The notes: generated by a model not told the origin, from the sequence alone. DNA of 64,000 bases from Octopus vulgaris (GCA_951406725.2 OX597816.1:78306001-78370000); one strand, 5' to 3'; shown: positions 1 through 13,579, counted from the first letter of the stretch. Made by a program: numbers and translations.

Positions 1-600
1 GGGAAGAGTTTCGAAAAATTCCCATATTGGCAGGCTTTGTTTCTTCGTATAATTTTCGGTAAATTTATAGTTTTACACCAGACCCAATATCGGTACTAAA
101 TAATTTTTCCCGCGTTTTTTCTTTTTTTGGTGCAATCGTCTTAGTTGATCTCGTAAGCTGTTGGAAAAGTAAGATTTAAAGGAATGGGTGAAAAGGCCAG
201 GTATTTATTTATCTCTGCTACAGAAAACAAACAATTGCATGAATTTCTTATTGAGGCAGCAAAATTACATACACCCCTCCCGGATCGCCAGTAAGGAATC
301 AATCCCAGCACAAATCCGGAGACAAGATATACAGGACTGCCCTAGGTTCTGCCTCACCCCATCCCCTCCGTTTTCCACAGACAAAATGCATTCCCCACAC
401 TTCAATTAAGACGATTGCAATGAAAAAAAAAAAACGCAGGAGCCTGGGTTGGGAAGGGGAATTTTCGAGGTTCTGCCCCCACCCCTTCCGTTTTTTGTGG
501 GAATAATGCATTTCCGACTGCTTATGAGGTGAAGTAAAACGATTGCACCCCGCAAAAAAAAAAAAAAAACTGGGGAAAAAATTATCTCTACCGAAATCGA
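1..600. promoter_or_regulatory. CpG-retaining, repeat-free segment; candidate promoter or first non-coding exon
   Basis: By eye about 21 CpG in 1-600 versus about 3 in 601-1200. Donor-like motifs GTAAGC (153) and AAAA|GTAAGA (169). No credible ORF. Confidence 0.4.
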
Positions 601-954
601 GTCTGGTGTGAAACTAAATTTACCAAATTTTCTACATATATGCTTCAGATAGTGAGTGTATGTTTTCATTATGTAGGAATTTGTTGGGTGAAATAAAAAA
701 CTGGTAAAATAATGAAAGAAATATGTAATCAATCTACTGTCTATACACACACATGCATGCATATATATATATATATAAACATATACAAAACAATCATGTT
801 CATCATTGCCTTGTCATCATCAACTCTGAGTGGTTATTTTTGTTATATTCTGGAACATTTTCACAAAAATTATAAACATCATCGTCATCTAACATACATG
901 TTCCTTGCTGGCATGGGGTGGACAGTTTGAAAGGATCCAATATATCCAAGGACT

Positions 955-1370
955 GTAGCTGTGGTAAGAAGCTTGCTTCCCAACTACATGGTTCCAAGTT
1001 CAGTCCCACTGCGTGGTGGCACCTTGGGCAAGTGTTTTCTACTATAGCTTTAAGCTGACCAAAGCCTTGATAGTGGATTTGGTAGACAAGCCTGTTGTAT
1101 ATATATGTAAACACACCAATACCGGTTGTCAAGTGGTGATGCAGGGACAGACACAAAGACACAGTCAGATACATACAGACACATATATATGTGTGTGTGT
1201 GTATCTGTCTGTACCTGCATCACCACTTGATAACCAGTATTGGTGTGTTTTTACATCCATGTAACTTAGGCTTAAAAAATAAGTCTTGGGGGCGATTTGT
1301 TGACTAAAATCCTTCGAGGTGGTGCTTTAGTATGGCCACAGTCAAATGGCTGAAACAAAAGAATAAAAAA
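955..1370 (+). mobile_element. tRNA-derived SINE, family A, with internal (CA)/(TG) microsatellite
   Basis: Head TGTGGTAAGAAGCTTGCTTCCCAAC...AGTTCAGTCCCACTGCGTGG..CACCTTGGGCAAGTG. Homologous to 27258-27635, 31040-31120 and 50970-51090. Confidence 0.85.
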
Positions 1371-2359
1371 AAAAGTGTGCATGGTGATCCTTTAGAGATG
1401 GTACCACCAATCTGAAACTAAAACTTGTGCTATTTTACCCATTTGGCAATCTCTGTAAAATTTATTTTCAGCTATACATACATAAATATGCACACACATA
1501 CTTTTTTGTAATACTGTAGTGTTTGAAGCTGTTGAATTTGTTCCAATTTATACTAAATCATTCGTTTGGAGCTGAAGTCATTCTGTTTATTTTTTGCATT
1601 TGTTTCATAATGCTTAATGAAATAGTTTAAAAATTTTTTCGAACGAAGAATGCTGAAGGATACATTTCTGTTAGCATATTTTTACAAAACAAATTATCAA
1701 AGTGTTTCTACTCTCTTGATACAACTGTCTCTACTTATTCTGTTTATCTTTGTATGTGAAAGTTCATTCTTAATGCTCGACTAATTTTATCTTGCATATA
1801 ATGAAATACAAAGTGTTTCACATAGATTATGCTAGCAAAAGGAAAATAAAACTGGGAGTGAGTGACAGAGATGCTAAATGCAGGCAAACTGTGATATGTT
1901 TTGCTCTGAAGTGGTTGGTATTTTTAATCAAAATGAAACTCAATTTTATTGTAAAATATATTTATTTTATCAAATAAACAATAGTTGTGAGTGTCACTGT
2001 CATGCAAGAGGTGTTCTTTGTTTTTAGTCTTCAATGTAATCATGTTTGGGCATGGTGAAATATTATCTTACTTGGAAATAGGTAAGGGTTGGTGATAGGA
2101 AGGGCATCTGATTGTATGAAATCTATTTGATCCATGTGTGCTGAAGTGGATGTTTCACATATGTGGATGACACTTTCAACTGAGACATTACAACTGTATC
2201 TGTTCATGTGCTTCAGATCTGTGTATGTACATATATTTTACTTGATAGCTGACATTTATCAATTGTTTCTCCCATTGTTTTCATGCACCATTTTCTATCA
2301 TTAAAAGATAGCATTTTTGACAACACAGGCATGCTAATACACATACACACACACATATT

Positions 2360-2697
2360 CATCCTTTCAAGGTTAATAAAAGAAGTGCCAGTTGAGCTCT
2401 AGAGTCAGTATAATTGACTTAACTCTTTTCCTGAGCTTGCTGGCCTTGTGCCAAAATTCAAAATCAATATTATTTATGTTTAAGGTAGTGAGCAGAATCA
2501 TTTGCATGCTGGGCAAAATGCTGTTAAGCACTTTGTTCATCTTTATGTTCTGAGTTCAAATTCTGCCCAGGTCAGCTTTGCCTCTGATCCTTTTTGGGGT
2601 TGATAAAATAAGTACCAGTTGAGCACTGGGGGTCAATGTAATTAACTTATGCATTTCCCCATACTTGCTGGTCATGTGCCAAAATTTGAAACCAATA
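2360..2697 (+). mobile_element. SINE family B (3' fragment plus a near-full copy)
   Basis: GAGTTCAAATTC B-box-like motif, then CTTTGCC..ATCCTTT..GGGGTTGATAAAATAAGTACCAGTTGAGCACTGG..GTGCCAAAATTTGAAACC. Recurs many times in the window. Confidence 0.85.
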
Positions 2698-3289
2698 CTG
2701 CTTATGTTGAAAGGAAAAATGCTAAGAGTGCATTTACCATTGTTAAAGCAATGAAATATTAATTCTTTGTAGAATGCTGGCAAAGCATGCAACAGTTGAA
2801 AATGTAAAATTTAAAGCAGAGACCTATAAGATGAAATATTGCAAAGCAGTTGTTAACAGAATGTGCATTTAATATTAAAAAACAATGATGTATAAATGAA
2901 GAATATTCACTGAAAAAAAGACTGAGACATAAGATGTAATTATAAGTGTGAATCCTACTATTGAAAATGTGTCAGCAACACACACAGGTTTAATACAAAA
3001 CATTAGTATTAATGAAGCAAGAGGAAAATACACACTAATAATGATGTGTAAGAATAAAATTATGGAAATTTTTTAATGACTTATATCATAAACAAATTGC
3101 AAATGAAGCTGTAGAGATATTCAAACATGCAATGTTTGCCAAATAGAAATTCAAATAAGAGGTTGTGTTAGTGCAGGTACATAAACTGTAGTTTGGTCAT
3201 GAATACTTTACTACCAGAAGTCCATAATAAAAATATACTCTTAAATAATATTGAAGATACATTTTTTATATTTTTTACTGGTTTCAAGT

Positions 3290-4050
3290 TGAGGCCGTGC
3301 CGGAGCACTTCAATGTGATTGGGTTTCTTTTCTGCATTTCTTCTGATAGAGCTGCTCTTCTTTGTGCCTCCTGCCACAATAAATTTGTTCAGATGTTCTT
3401 TGAAGACCTCCATATTTACGCCTTGCAAATCTCTGAGGCTGTTAGGCAGAATGTTGAATAGCTGTGGACCTTTGAAATCCAAGCTGTTACAGTACTGGAC
3501 CCTCATTCTAGGTTGGAGAAGACAGGAGCTTTGGTACAATGCAGTGCTGACCAGTTTGGTGGTTGGCATAGCTTCCAATTCCAAAGCTGGGAGCTAGAGC
3601 TTCCAGGACCCTCCATATGTATATCATTGCATATCTGTCATGCTTTCTCTCTCAGGAGTAGAGCTTCAGTTCCATTAGATCTCCCAATAGCTCATCTGTT
3701 TCACTGAATCAATCTTTGTGTAGTGTTTCTGGATTGCCTCAAGTTCCACCACCAGTTTGATGCTCTGCAGTGACCACTGTTAGGAGCAGTAATCCAGATG
3801 ACTGAGAATGAAACTTCTCCAGAGGAGTAGCATGATATTTTTTTTCTGGTTCTGAATGATCTCAGAATCCATCCAGTTATTTGCCTGCACTGTGTTGCCA
3901 TCTTGGTAATACACATGGAATGTGTCATTGCTCATTCCCAGGTGATGCACCAACTGTGACTCTGTGATTGCACTACCTCTTGGTCCTGCGTATTCTGAGT
4001 ATAGTTTGTTTCAGAGTTGATAATGAAGTGCTTGAAACCTCTCAGCATTG
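3290..4050 (-). mobile_element. CR1/L2-group LINE ORF2 3' fragment, degenerate
   Basis: Peptides ATQCRQITGWILRSFRTR and NSLDFKGPQLFNILPNSLRDL in shifted frames are typical of the post-RT C-terminus of CR1/L2-group LINEs. Confidence 0.75.
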
Positions 4051-4329
4051 AACTGCATGCTATTTTCATCAAGCTATTTATATATACAGAAATCTGGTGC
4101 AGGCTTCTGCCTGGCCAGCTCCTGTCAAACTGTTCCACCCATGCCAGCATGGAAGGTGGACGTTAAATGATGATGATTATGATATATATGGCTTGCACAT
4201 AATTCCTTTACACCTTAAAAGAGTTAAAATGGTATTAGTGTACACAATTGCAAATGTGAATTATAACAGATATTAAAAAGCCTGTGAAACAAATTTGGGT
4301 AAAATAGTTCCGAGAGAATCTTTTTTAGT

Positions 4330-4535
4330 ATAAGCAGAAAGCCTGAATTTTTGCGGGTGGGGCATAGTCAATTATCCTGACCCCTGTACTAAACTGGTAC
4401 TTATTTTATTGACTTCTGAAAAGGATGGAAGGCAAAGTGAACCTTGTCTGAAATTTAATTCAGAATGTAAAGATGGATGAAATGCTGTTAAGCATTTTGC
4501 CTTGCATACTAACAGTTCAACAAGCTCACCACGTT
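4330..4535 (-). mobile_element. SINE family B
   Basis: Reverse complement of 2482-2697 (CTGGTACTTATTTTATTGAC..AAAGGATGGAAGGCAAAG). Confidence 0.75.
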
Positions 4536-4929
4536 AAAAAGATAGGGTTCCTAGATAATAATTTGGTAATGAGGTATATTAGGCTAAAATATGTTAGTGG
4601 CATTTATTTTCTTGTCATAGTCAAATTTTCACATGAGAAAAGAATTGGAAGTACTTTATATATCTCTGTTTTGGTTCCAATTTTTTCCTTGACAAACTAG
4701 TTTTAACATGTTTACATATCACATGACAGTTAATGTACTTAGAACAGTAAAAAAGAGATGTTCAAATTTGAGATTTATCAATTAGACATAGAAGTAAAAA
4801 GATATCTATTTTAGTTTTACAGTTTTTTTACCTACTAAATTCCATTTAGAAAGTATTGGTTACTCTTATACTATGGTAAAAGGTGCTTACACAGTTGGAT
4901 TGAACATGGAACACTATGACTGCAAAGTA

Positions 4930-5133
4930 AAGGCAGCGAGCTGGCAGAATTGTTAGCACTGTGGGCAAAATGCTTAGCCACATTTTGTCCATCTTCACGT
5001 TCAAATTCCACCAAGGCCTTTGCCTTTCATACTTTTGGGGTTGATAAAGTAAGTACCAGTTAAACACTGGAGTCAATCTAATCAACTTACCCCTCCTGCC
5101 GAACTTGCTGGCTTTGTGCCAAAATTTGAAACA
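4930..5133 (+). mobile_element. SINE family B
   Basis: AAGGCAGCGAGCTGGCAGAAT..GTTCAAATTCC..GTGCCAAAATTTGAAAC. Confidence 0.85.
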
Positions 5134-6299
5134 AGTAAGAATGCAAAGTGAATTTCTTACTCACACGGGCATCATACTTAATCCCAAGGTGGTGAAGTAC
5201 AGAACAATTCTATTTGAGTGAGTGTCCATGCTATAACCCATTGGAAATTTTGATCCCTACACTAAATGAATTACAATGGTGAGATGTTTATCTTTATGCC
5301 AGCCCAGTAGTAGCATTCCAGTTAAGACCAAAGCTGTGGAGTTGTAAGCAATTATTAGGTTACTGGAGCTGGTACAAACTCTTGATTTAATGTATGTTGT
5401 AATATAATGCATTAATTTCCAGTTTGAAAGATACTAGTTTATTTTCTGCACTGAGAATAATCAAACTACAGTTACTACATAGCAAAACAAAAAAAGGGAA
5501 ACCAGCTAACAATAAAAAGAGTTGATATGATGTTGTTGATGTTGTTTGCTACTTCTTTACCTTATGGAGTGAGACAATTAAATTCCTCTTGGTTTCCACT
5601 AATTTTGAGATATCATGGAAAGGATATGCTGGACTGTTTGATATGTGATGCTAGGTATAGAAAAGTCCATTACCTTCAATATCAAGTGCTACCTACCTAT
5701 GATATTTACACTTGCTGAACTGAATTGGTGACAAGGGAAGAATAGATGCCTTTGAAATTTCTTGTCTTAGCTAACTGATACTAAGCAAAGGTAAGCCATA
5801 AAAGTTAACCCATCATAGTAGACAGAAACAAAGATACAGAAAGTGTGAACATTAACAGGGAAATCTTTACCATTATTTCCTGGCTGGTTTTTTCCACGTA
5901 TGTATATCATTTCTCTAAAAAGCTGTTCCTGGAGAAAATGAAACAAAGAATAAAAGAATTAGTTCAGTTGATTATATTTTTTTATTGGAGATATATTACA
6001 AAGAAGAGCACTGGAGTCTGCTGAGATTTTTGATAAACAAAATTTCATTCATTTCGTGCACACACACATAAACGATTGTTGCTTAGAATGATAAAACAAT
6101 ACTGACTTCTAATGTCGTTCGTCCACCGTCTCAGTTGACCAACTCCATTTGTGACTGTCAATGCTCTCTCTACTGTGTCCCAAAACTCTGTTTAGTATTC
6201 ACAGTGTGTCACTGGAGCCTATTGAATGCGAAATCATGATTGGTGAAATTTTGTTGATCATATCGGCAATATTCTAGCGAATCGCCAATGAAATTTTCA

Positions 6300-7090
6300 G
6301 TCACGGTGAATTGAACGAAATAATAAGAACTAATTTAAAGACGAACGAGTGGTAGGTATTCCAGCCAGTTGCTGTTGTCATGATAAGCTCTAAGAGCGGG
6401 TGTCAGTTGTCGGTCGGACCGTTCCACCATGCTGTTGGCTGCAAAATGGTAAGCAGTTGTGGGGAACCTTTTTACAATCTAAGAGGCGAGTCAATTCTGA
6501 GAAGAGATGTCTGTGTCTGTTGTAATGGTAGATGTGCCAAAATAGGCAGTCCAATATTAAAGAAGAGCTTTAGCTATCATTTCTGCTGTGGTATCACAAA
6601 GAGGGACGCCTTCAGGCCAGTGAAAGAAACGATCCACACAGGCCAAAAGGTATATGCAATTTTGAGACGGTGGCAGTGGGCCGGTGATGTCTATATGCAC
6701 ATGTTGAAAACGTACATTTGGTAATGAGAAAGTTCCCTGAAGCGATTTGACAAAATTTCGCTTTTTGACAAGGGACGCAACTCTTGGTGAAGTCCCTGAC
6801 ATCTTTGTCGATATCAGCACACATAAATCGTGCAGCATTTAACTTCAGGGTGGAATTTACTCCAGGATGTGATAAATTGTGTAGAGCAGAAAAAAGAAAA
6901 GAAAAGAAATAAAATAAAGGCATATGTCTATGCTTTTTTTGGAACAGAGGGACGTTCGTGCCCAGTAGAAATGTAGCACCAAATATAACAAGTTTGAAAG
7001 AGAGAGAGAAGAATTTTGAAGTTTGAGAAGTTCATCGGTTTTCTGGCCGGCGGCTAACTTTTGGAGATTGATAGAGGCAGTAGTGTGTAA
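6300..7090 (-). mobile_element. Ty3/Gypsy integrase fragment (H2C2 zinc finger plus rve core), degenerate
   Basis: LHNLSHPGVNSTLKL..CVPCQKAK (6612-6923) and RFQHVHIDITGPLPPSQNCIYLLACVDRFFHWPEGVP (6557-6838), split by frameshifts. Confidence 0.9.
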
Positions 7091-7096
7091 TTGTGA

Positions 7097-7372
7097 AGGA
7101 GTGTGGCTTAGTGGTCAGGGCATTCTACTCACGATCGTAAGGTCGTGAGTTCAATTCCCGGCGACGCGTTGTGTCCTTGAGTAAGACACTTATTTCACGT
7201 TGCTCTAGTTCACTCAGCTGACAAAAATGAGTAGTACCTGTATTTCAAAGGGCCAGCCTTGTCACGCTGAATCTCCCTGAGAGCTACAAGGGTACATGTG
7301 TCTGTGGAGTGCTCAGACACTTGTTAATTTCATGAGCAAGCTGCTCCGTTGATTGTATCAGCTGGGACCCAG
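7097..7372 (+). mobile_element. tRNA-derived SINE, family D
   Basis: A box TGGCTTAGTGG, B box GAGTTCAATTCC, then TGTGTCCTTGAGTAAGACACTT core. Related copies at 36122-36360 and 44638-44932. Confidence 0.85.
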
Positions 7373-7561
7373 CTTATTTACTGTATTAAATGGGTAAAGG
7401 TAAAGAAATATTTTACCATTAATTTATAATACAAATTAAATTATAATGTATATATGTATGCTATTAAGGTTCTCATTTTTGTTAAATGAATAAATAAGTC
7501 AACATTCTAATATCCGAAAGCTGATGAACCAACTAAATTGTTTCTCCATTTTTCTTATTTG

Positions 7562-7630
<69 letters not shown>

Positions 7631-8365
7631 AATATCAGGTATGTGCCATCAGTAATTATTCAGGATAGGCAGTTGTTGACCTTTATGTAGTAAAACACAC
7701 AAAAAAATAAGTGAAGCACAGGCACACGACTGAGTTGAAGGCAGATTTACTTCTACCTTTATAGCATGTAAAGAAAATGGTGTTATAAGAGTGTACTCAG
7801 CATGTGTACTACAGTAATACCAAGCATAGCTTAAATACTGATATTGAAAAGCAGGGGCAAAATATGCCTACCTAATCTACAAACAAATAAAATATTTTGC
7901 ATGTTATGCATAGTAATCATAATTGTATTGAATTAGGCACATATTTTGCCATACAAGTAAAATGTTGCTATCAATCTATTTTATTCAAGGTAGGTACTGC
8001 TTACCTTGCCTACCTAGGTGGCACGTTCTTGATATTCATACACACACACACACAAACAAGGAACTGGAAAAATTGGGTAAATTTTAAATTCCACATTACA
8101 CATGTTTCATTGCATGATAGGAGTTACATGCAGAAAAACATGTATAGGATTTCCTATCTGTGATTCTCCAGATAAATTACTCAGTAATTGATCTGCAAAC
8201 AGAAATCACCAGAAATTTCAAATGCTATGTGCTTTATCTGTAATAAAACATTTATATGCATACATTTGATTACTGCAACATGTAGATATGCTTCATGTAG
8301 ACAGAACTTGGTTTATAACCCCTTCTATACATTATATATTTATATATCACTCACATATGTAATGC

Positions 8366-8960
8366 CATCATCATCATCATTTAATGTCCATTCTTCATGT
8401 TGGCATGGGTTGGATAGTTTGACAGGAGCCAAGAGAGCTGCCAAGGCTCCAGTTGTCTGTTTTGGCATGGTTTCTATGACTGGATGCCCTTCCTAATGCC
8501 AACCACTTTATAGAGTGTACTGGTCACTTTTATGTGGCTCTAGCATGGGTACTTGTACATGGCACTGGCACAGGTGCTTTTATGTATCACCAGCACCTAT
8601 GAGCTTGCAAGACTAGGACCCCTCAGCTGAGAAAGGGATGTAGAGAACATACCTGTATGTAAGGATACTTCATACCGTGTCTTCCTGTGCCTACCCCTTC
8701 CACATGTTTCTTTCACAATTAGCACTTCTTGATGCAGTTGTCCCCTTCCATGCTCATCACATGACCATACCAATGCAGTCTTCTCTCTTGCACACTACAT
8801 CAGATGCCCCATATACCCATTTTTCATCTCAAATCGCTTACACTCTGTTGTACCTGCATATTAGCATTACTCATCAAGCAGAGCATGCTGGCTTCATTTC
8901 TTTCAAGTCTTTGCATGTCCTCAATAGTCACAGCTCATGTCTCACTGCCATGTAGCAAAA
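8366..8960 (-). mobile_element. RTE LINE 3' end with (GAT)n-tailed RTE-type terminal sequence
   Basis: Minus strand reads GSETx-AVTIEDMQRLERNEASML (RTE C-terminal motif) and ends in ..CATGAAGAATGGACATTAAATGATGATG. Confidence 0.75.
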
Positions 8961-9084
8961 CACACACACCACCATCATCATCATCATCATCATCATTATC
9001 ATCATCATCATCATTTTCTCATTATCACAGGTTTTGTTGGAGCTCCTGGAGTTTTCCATGCATAGCGGGCTTACTACCTGCAAC

Positions 9085-9275
9085 CCTCGGTATCATGCTA
9101 TTTGTTCTTTTCAGCTATCTAATACTTTCTTGATTGTTCTGGCTATGCCAAGGAGGCAAACCTTTGTAACAGTTCTACTGGGTACTCTATTCCAATTTCC
9201 TTTATATTCCTCTTAATGCCTTCTGATACTGATCTTAAGGACCCAACAATAATTAGCACTGTCTTCACCTTCTAT
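9085..9275 (-). mobile_element. R4/Dong-like REL endonuclease C-terminal fragment between triplet microsatellites
   Basis: Minus strand VLIIVGSL..GIEYPVELLQ resembles the PIVIGALG..LQK C-terminus at 57433-57822. Flanked by (ATC)n and (ATT)n. Confidence 0.55.
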
Positions 9276-9459
9276 AGTAGAAAGGATTATTATTGTTATT
9301 ATTATCATTATTTCACTTAGGCATAGTGGTACTAATAACCTAGTATTAGAACTCAGCATGCATCAGTTGAGTACAACAGAACAAAACATCAGTTGAGTGC
9401 AGAGCAGTAATAAGAAATTAAAATGATGAGAGAAAAATGTCTGCCGTAAAATGCAATGC

Positions 9460-12400
9460 GCTTGTAGTTGAGTGTGTAGGTGCAGTTATCTCCCCTGACA
9501 GCGGCTGCCAATGGAGGGCACACGCAACATTAAGGTTCAGACACTCACCTCTTCTTTCGGCATCTAGATGTCAGACATTGAAGACATAATCTAGTTGGCT
9601 CTCTCACAAACGCAGCAACTAGCAGACAGGAGGTAATGCACAGAAGAGGATCATGGCCTCCATGAATCAAACCATTTCCATTTATCATTCATCTTGTATA
9701 TACTCGTATGTGTGAGGTTGACATTAAAGGTATTTAAGGTTACAGCCTTGTTCTATGTATTTCTTTGTATCATGTTCCTGTCAAATGATATTGCAGCCTT
9801 CTGAGTAGAGTCATATTTAGATGGCTCCACAACCCTGATTCAAACCACCATCTAAAATGGTGACCCAATGCAGCACACATCACAATTTCTTCTAAAGTGG
9901 TGAATCCCAGACGAATTCTGACCAGTGGATACGTATTCCTTTTTCTCCTTCTTGACTTCATCTATTCGACCAGACCGCCATTCCTCATATAGGAACATAC
10001 CACTGATATCTCTCGTCTCCATATTGTCTACTTCATCACAAAAGTTTGGCGTCATTTTCAAGCAGGAAACTGCACATCATTTTTCCTTGTGCTGTAACTG
10101 AATATACAACTTGGTCCTTCGAAGACACAGCATCCCAGGAGAATTTCTTCTTGCGTGTAAAAAAAAAAATTCATCTGGAATTTTCTCCAGAATTCACATG
10201 GATAACAACTTTTCCTATATGAGTTTCTTTCTCTCAATCCCACCTGGATTATCCACATGTTGGATATGTTTTCTTCTTCATCTGTTGGCAAGGACTTCTC
10301 CTATTTCATCCTCTCCTACTGAAAAATAAGAAAATCCTAGTTTGATGCTCGTCGTATCTTCTTTCAACTAGAGTGTTTGACTGCTATTTCTAATGGCATT
10401 TCTTTCAACAAGCTTGTTCTTTGTGGCATTCTGTTTCCTATTATCATCAAGATGAGTCCTTTTTCTTTGTCTCAATGTGCTTCTTCATCCTCCTCTTGAG
10501 CTTGTACTTCTGCTCCAGACGATACGCAATCCTCCGAAATCATGCAGGCCATTGGAGAACTGACCCATCAAGTCACACACTTGTGCAGGGACCGTTCTTT
10601 TTCATGGAATCATTCTGCAAGTAGAATCGGACGTCATCCTTTCTTGCACAGATGCTTGCCTCTTGATCCGTCAGTTTGCTGGTACCATAGGAAATTCAAG
10701 GACCAGGCTGAAAAGTGTAAACAGCCCTGCTCTTACTCTTCTCAGGGAAACTAGGCAAGGAGGCACTGGGCACAACAGTAGTTTCCCCCATCGATTCATC
10801 TTACCATGTATTTTTCATCCGAGATGCTATTTCTTCAAAGTCCTTTAAGGTGGACATGGGTGCCAGCATAAGCATTTGGCCTCGAAGGTTTACTTCCACC
10901 AATCCTGGTCTTTCTGACATCTCTCTCTACATGGTGAAACACTCCATCATCAAAACTTATGGACAAATCTCTCTTATCCTGCATTTATCACTCTGTAGGG
11001 ATTTCAAGTGGATCTTCATCATTGCGGACCTGCCCTATCTCATTCTTGGTGCTGAATTCTTACATCACTATTCTCTTCTTCTGGACGTTAGAAGACACCG
11101 ACTCATTGATGACACCACTTCACTCACTGTCTCCAGAAAGAATTCTTCTGTTCCAGTTATGAGCCCTTCTTTCTTTGTGGCTGCTTCGGGTGACTCCTAC
11201 CACCAGTTACTCGCTTTGTTTCCAGAGTTGACTGATTTGTCATTTCATCCATTGAATCTAGCCCCTTTCCACAGGACATTTCATCACAACTAAGGGACCT
11301 CTAGTTTTTTCCTGACCATGCCCCTTATCTCCAAAGAAAATCTGGATCATCCAGGCTGAGTTCAAGCACATGCTCCAGAAAGGCCTTATTTGTCCCTCCA
11401 CAAGCCTGTGGACAGTACCTTTACACATGGCTAAGAAGAATGAATCTGATTTTCGACCAGTTGGAAATTTTAGTCGTCTTAACACTCTCTATTGCAGATC
11501 GCTATCCCCTACCAAATGTGCAGGATTTTTCGTCTCACCTGCATGGCTGTAAGATTTTTTTCTAAAATTGACTTGGTATGCATATACCATTAAATCCTTG
11601 TCAATCCTGACGACATTCCAAAGACAGCTGTCACCACGCCTTTTGGAGTGTTTGAATTTTTGTCTATGCCGTTTGGTCTTCACAATGTGGCCAGCATGTT
11701 CCAAAGGGTCATTGATGAGGTCAGTCGTGGGTTAGATTTTGTCTTCACATATTTCAATGACCTTCTGATCACCAGTGATACTCCAGACCAGCACCTCCAA
11801 CACTTAATCCAACAGTTCAAGTGTCTACTTTCCTATGATGTGAAAATCAATTCAGCTAAGTGTGTATGCGGTTCTACCAGCTTAGAATTCTTGAGGTGTC
11901 TCATTGATGCTGTTGGTATTTGTCTGCTTCCCTCTAAAGTGGAAGCCATCAAAAAACGCTTGTCTCCTCTGTTTTCTTAAAACAACTCAGAAATTTTATT
12001 GGTTTAATTAATTGTTATTGTCGTTTCATCCTGTGTGAAGAAGTTGCTTCCCTTGACCCAGCTCTTGCAAGATCTACGGAAAGAAGACTCCCCGATAGCG
12101 CTGTGTCCTATAGCCATCCAAGCTTTTGAATCTGTCAAAGTTGACCTTGCTCAAGCATCTTTCCTCGCTCATCCTATTACAGATGCAAAATTGACACTCA
12201 CTGTCGATGTCTCATCATCCGCTATTGTTGCAGTTTTAGAGCAATCTGTCAACAGCCAAAGCCAGCCATTAGCCTTCCTTTCATGCCAGTTGAAAAATGC
12301 CAAATTTAGATACAGTGTGTTGGGTAAAGAACTATTAGCAATTTACCTGGTGTTGAAGCATTTCTCTTATCTTCTCGAAGGTATAGATTTCATGATTTTC

Positions 12401-13380
12401 ACCAACCACAAACCGCTAACTTTCACTCTCTTTGCCAAAATGGACCGGTACTCACCCAGAGAAACAATGCATTTAGACTTCATATCACAGTTTACTAGGA
12501 ACATTCGCCACATTGTTGGCACTGACAACATCCCCACCAATGCTTTATCTCGTCAATGCATTGTTGACTTCTGCTTCAATTGATTGATGTGGTTGCTATG
12601 GCTATTGACCAACCCTAAGGAACCATTCTCTGTGATGTTTCTACCGGGTCACCTCGACCCCTCATTCCTGGACATCACCGTTGTGCTGTTTTTGAAGCAC
12701 TACATTCATCCTGGCGTTGCACCCACAGTAAAGATTATCTTTGCCTGCTTTTTCTGGCTGAATATGCATCGGTCTATTACTGCTTGATCATGTGCCTGTC
12801 TACCATGTCAGTGTTCCAAGGTGCATCGTCATGTGAGAGCACCTTTTGGGCACTTCCAGCCACTGGACACATACACATTGGTCCTTAGCTGGTCAGTTGC
12901 AGATTTACTTATATATTGACCAGCATTGACCCGTTTCTCCAGATGGCCTGCAGCCATCCCTCTTGTGGACATTTCCGTGGAAACAGTCACCAGAGCACTC
13001 ATCTTCAGGTGGATATCTTGCTTCAGAGTACTCTCTAGAATTACCACTGATCGTGGATGCTAATTTGAAGCTTGTCTGTTCCATGAGCTTTCGAGATTAC
13101 TCAGAGTTCAGCACATCCACACCATAAGTTACCATCCCACCGCGGATGGTATAGTGAAATGATTCCACTGCCAGCTTAAAGCCACTATTGGCGTGGCTCC
13201 TGATCCTCATCATTGGTCCGAGTTTCTCCCCATTGTTTTCCTGGGGTGCAGTTCAGCTGTCAAGGAGGATTTTGGCTACTCCTCTGCTGAGCTCCTGTAT
13301 GGCACCACCTTAACACTTCCTGGACAGATGTTGGTGCCCATCGACTTACTGAATGCGGATCCCACATCTTACGTCAAGAA
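9460..13380 (+). mobile_element. Near-complete degenerate Ty3/Gypsy LTR retrotransposon (PBS-gag-PR-RT-RH-IN); 3' LTR absent
   Basis: PBS-like TGGTGACCC (9858). Gag C-term CWYHRKFKDQAEKCKQPC. Protease VDMGASISIWP..ILGAEFL. RT MPFGLHN..FQRVID..YFNDLL. RNase H LTVDVS..KELLAI..FTNHKPL. Integrase through 13380. Many stops and frameshifts. The 5' boundary is a guess. Confidence 0.93.
10745..10751 (+). promoter_or_regulatory. -1 ribosomal frameshift slippery heptamer G GGA AAC at the gag/pol junction
   Basis: Directly precedes the gag stop TAG (10752-10754). The -1 frame runs open for 33 codons from 10751 into protease ORF 10850-11293. Confidence 0.85.
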
Positions 13381-13579
13381 TTTTAGGGATAATCATTACA
13401 TACAATGGGCATGTGATTTAGGTAGAGGTATACTTTGGCTGTTACTTTTAGCGTGTTGAGCGACCAGGTAGAGGCTCTTTCATTGGTTCGATTGTGTGAA
13501 GAAATTTGTTTTATACATATATGTAATATGTATATATATCATCAGCAGAAGTTAGGGAGTAAGTCAAAAGCTGAGAGTT

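Noticed and set aside
188-762. ORFs in the CpG-rich start (188-409, 299-511, 406-762)
   Set aside because: Short, run through poly-A/T tracts, no recognisable motifs.
5150-5400. Possible minus-strand exon with a GTGAGT donor at about 5164
   Set aside because: All three frames contain stops, there is no clear acceptor, and decayed LINE-like sequence lies nearby.
7097-7170. tRNA gene (also 43051-43106 and 44640-44712)
   Set aside because: A/B boxes are present but there is no convincing acceptor stem or cloverleaf, and each continues into repeat body sequence; these are SINE heads.
13380-13500. 3' LTR of the Gypsy element
   Set aside because: No similarity to 9460-9857 and no polypurine tract; the element appears truncated.
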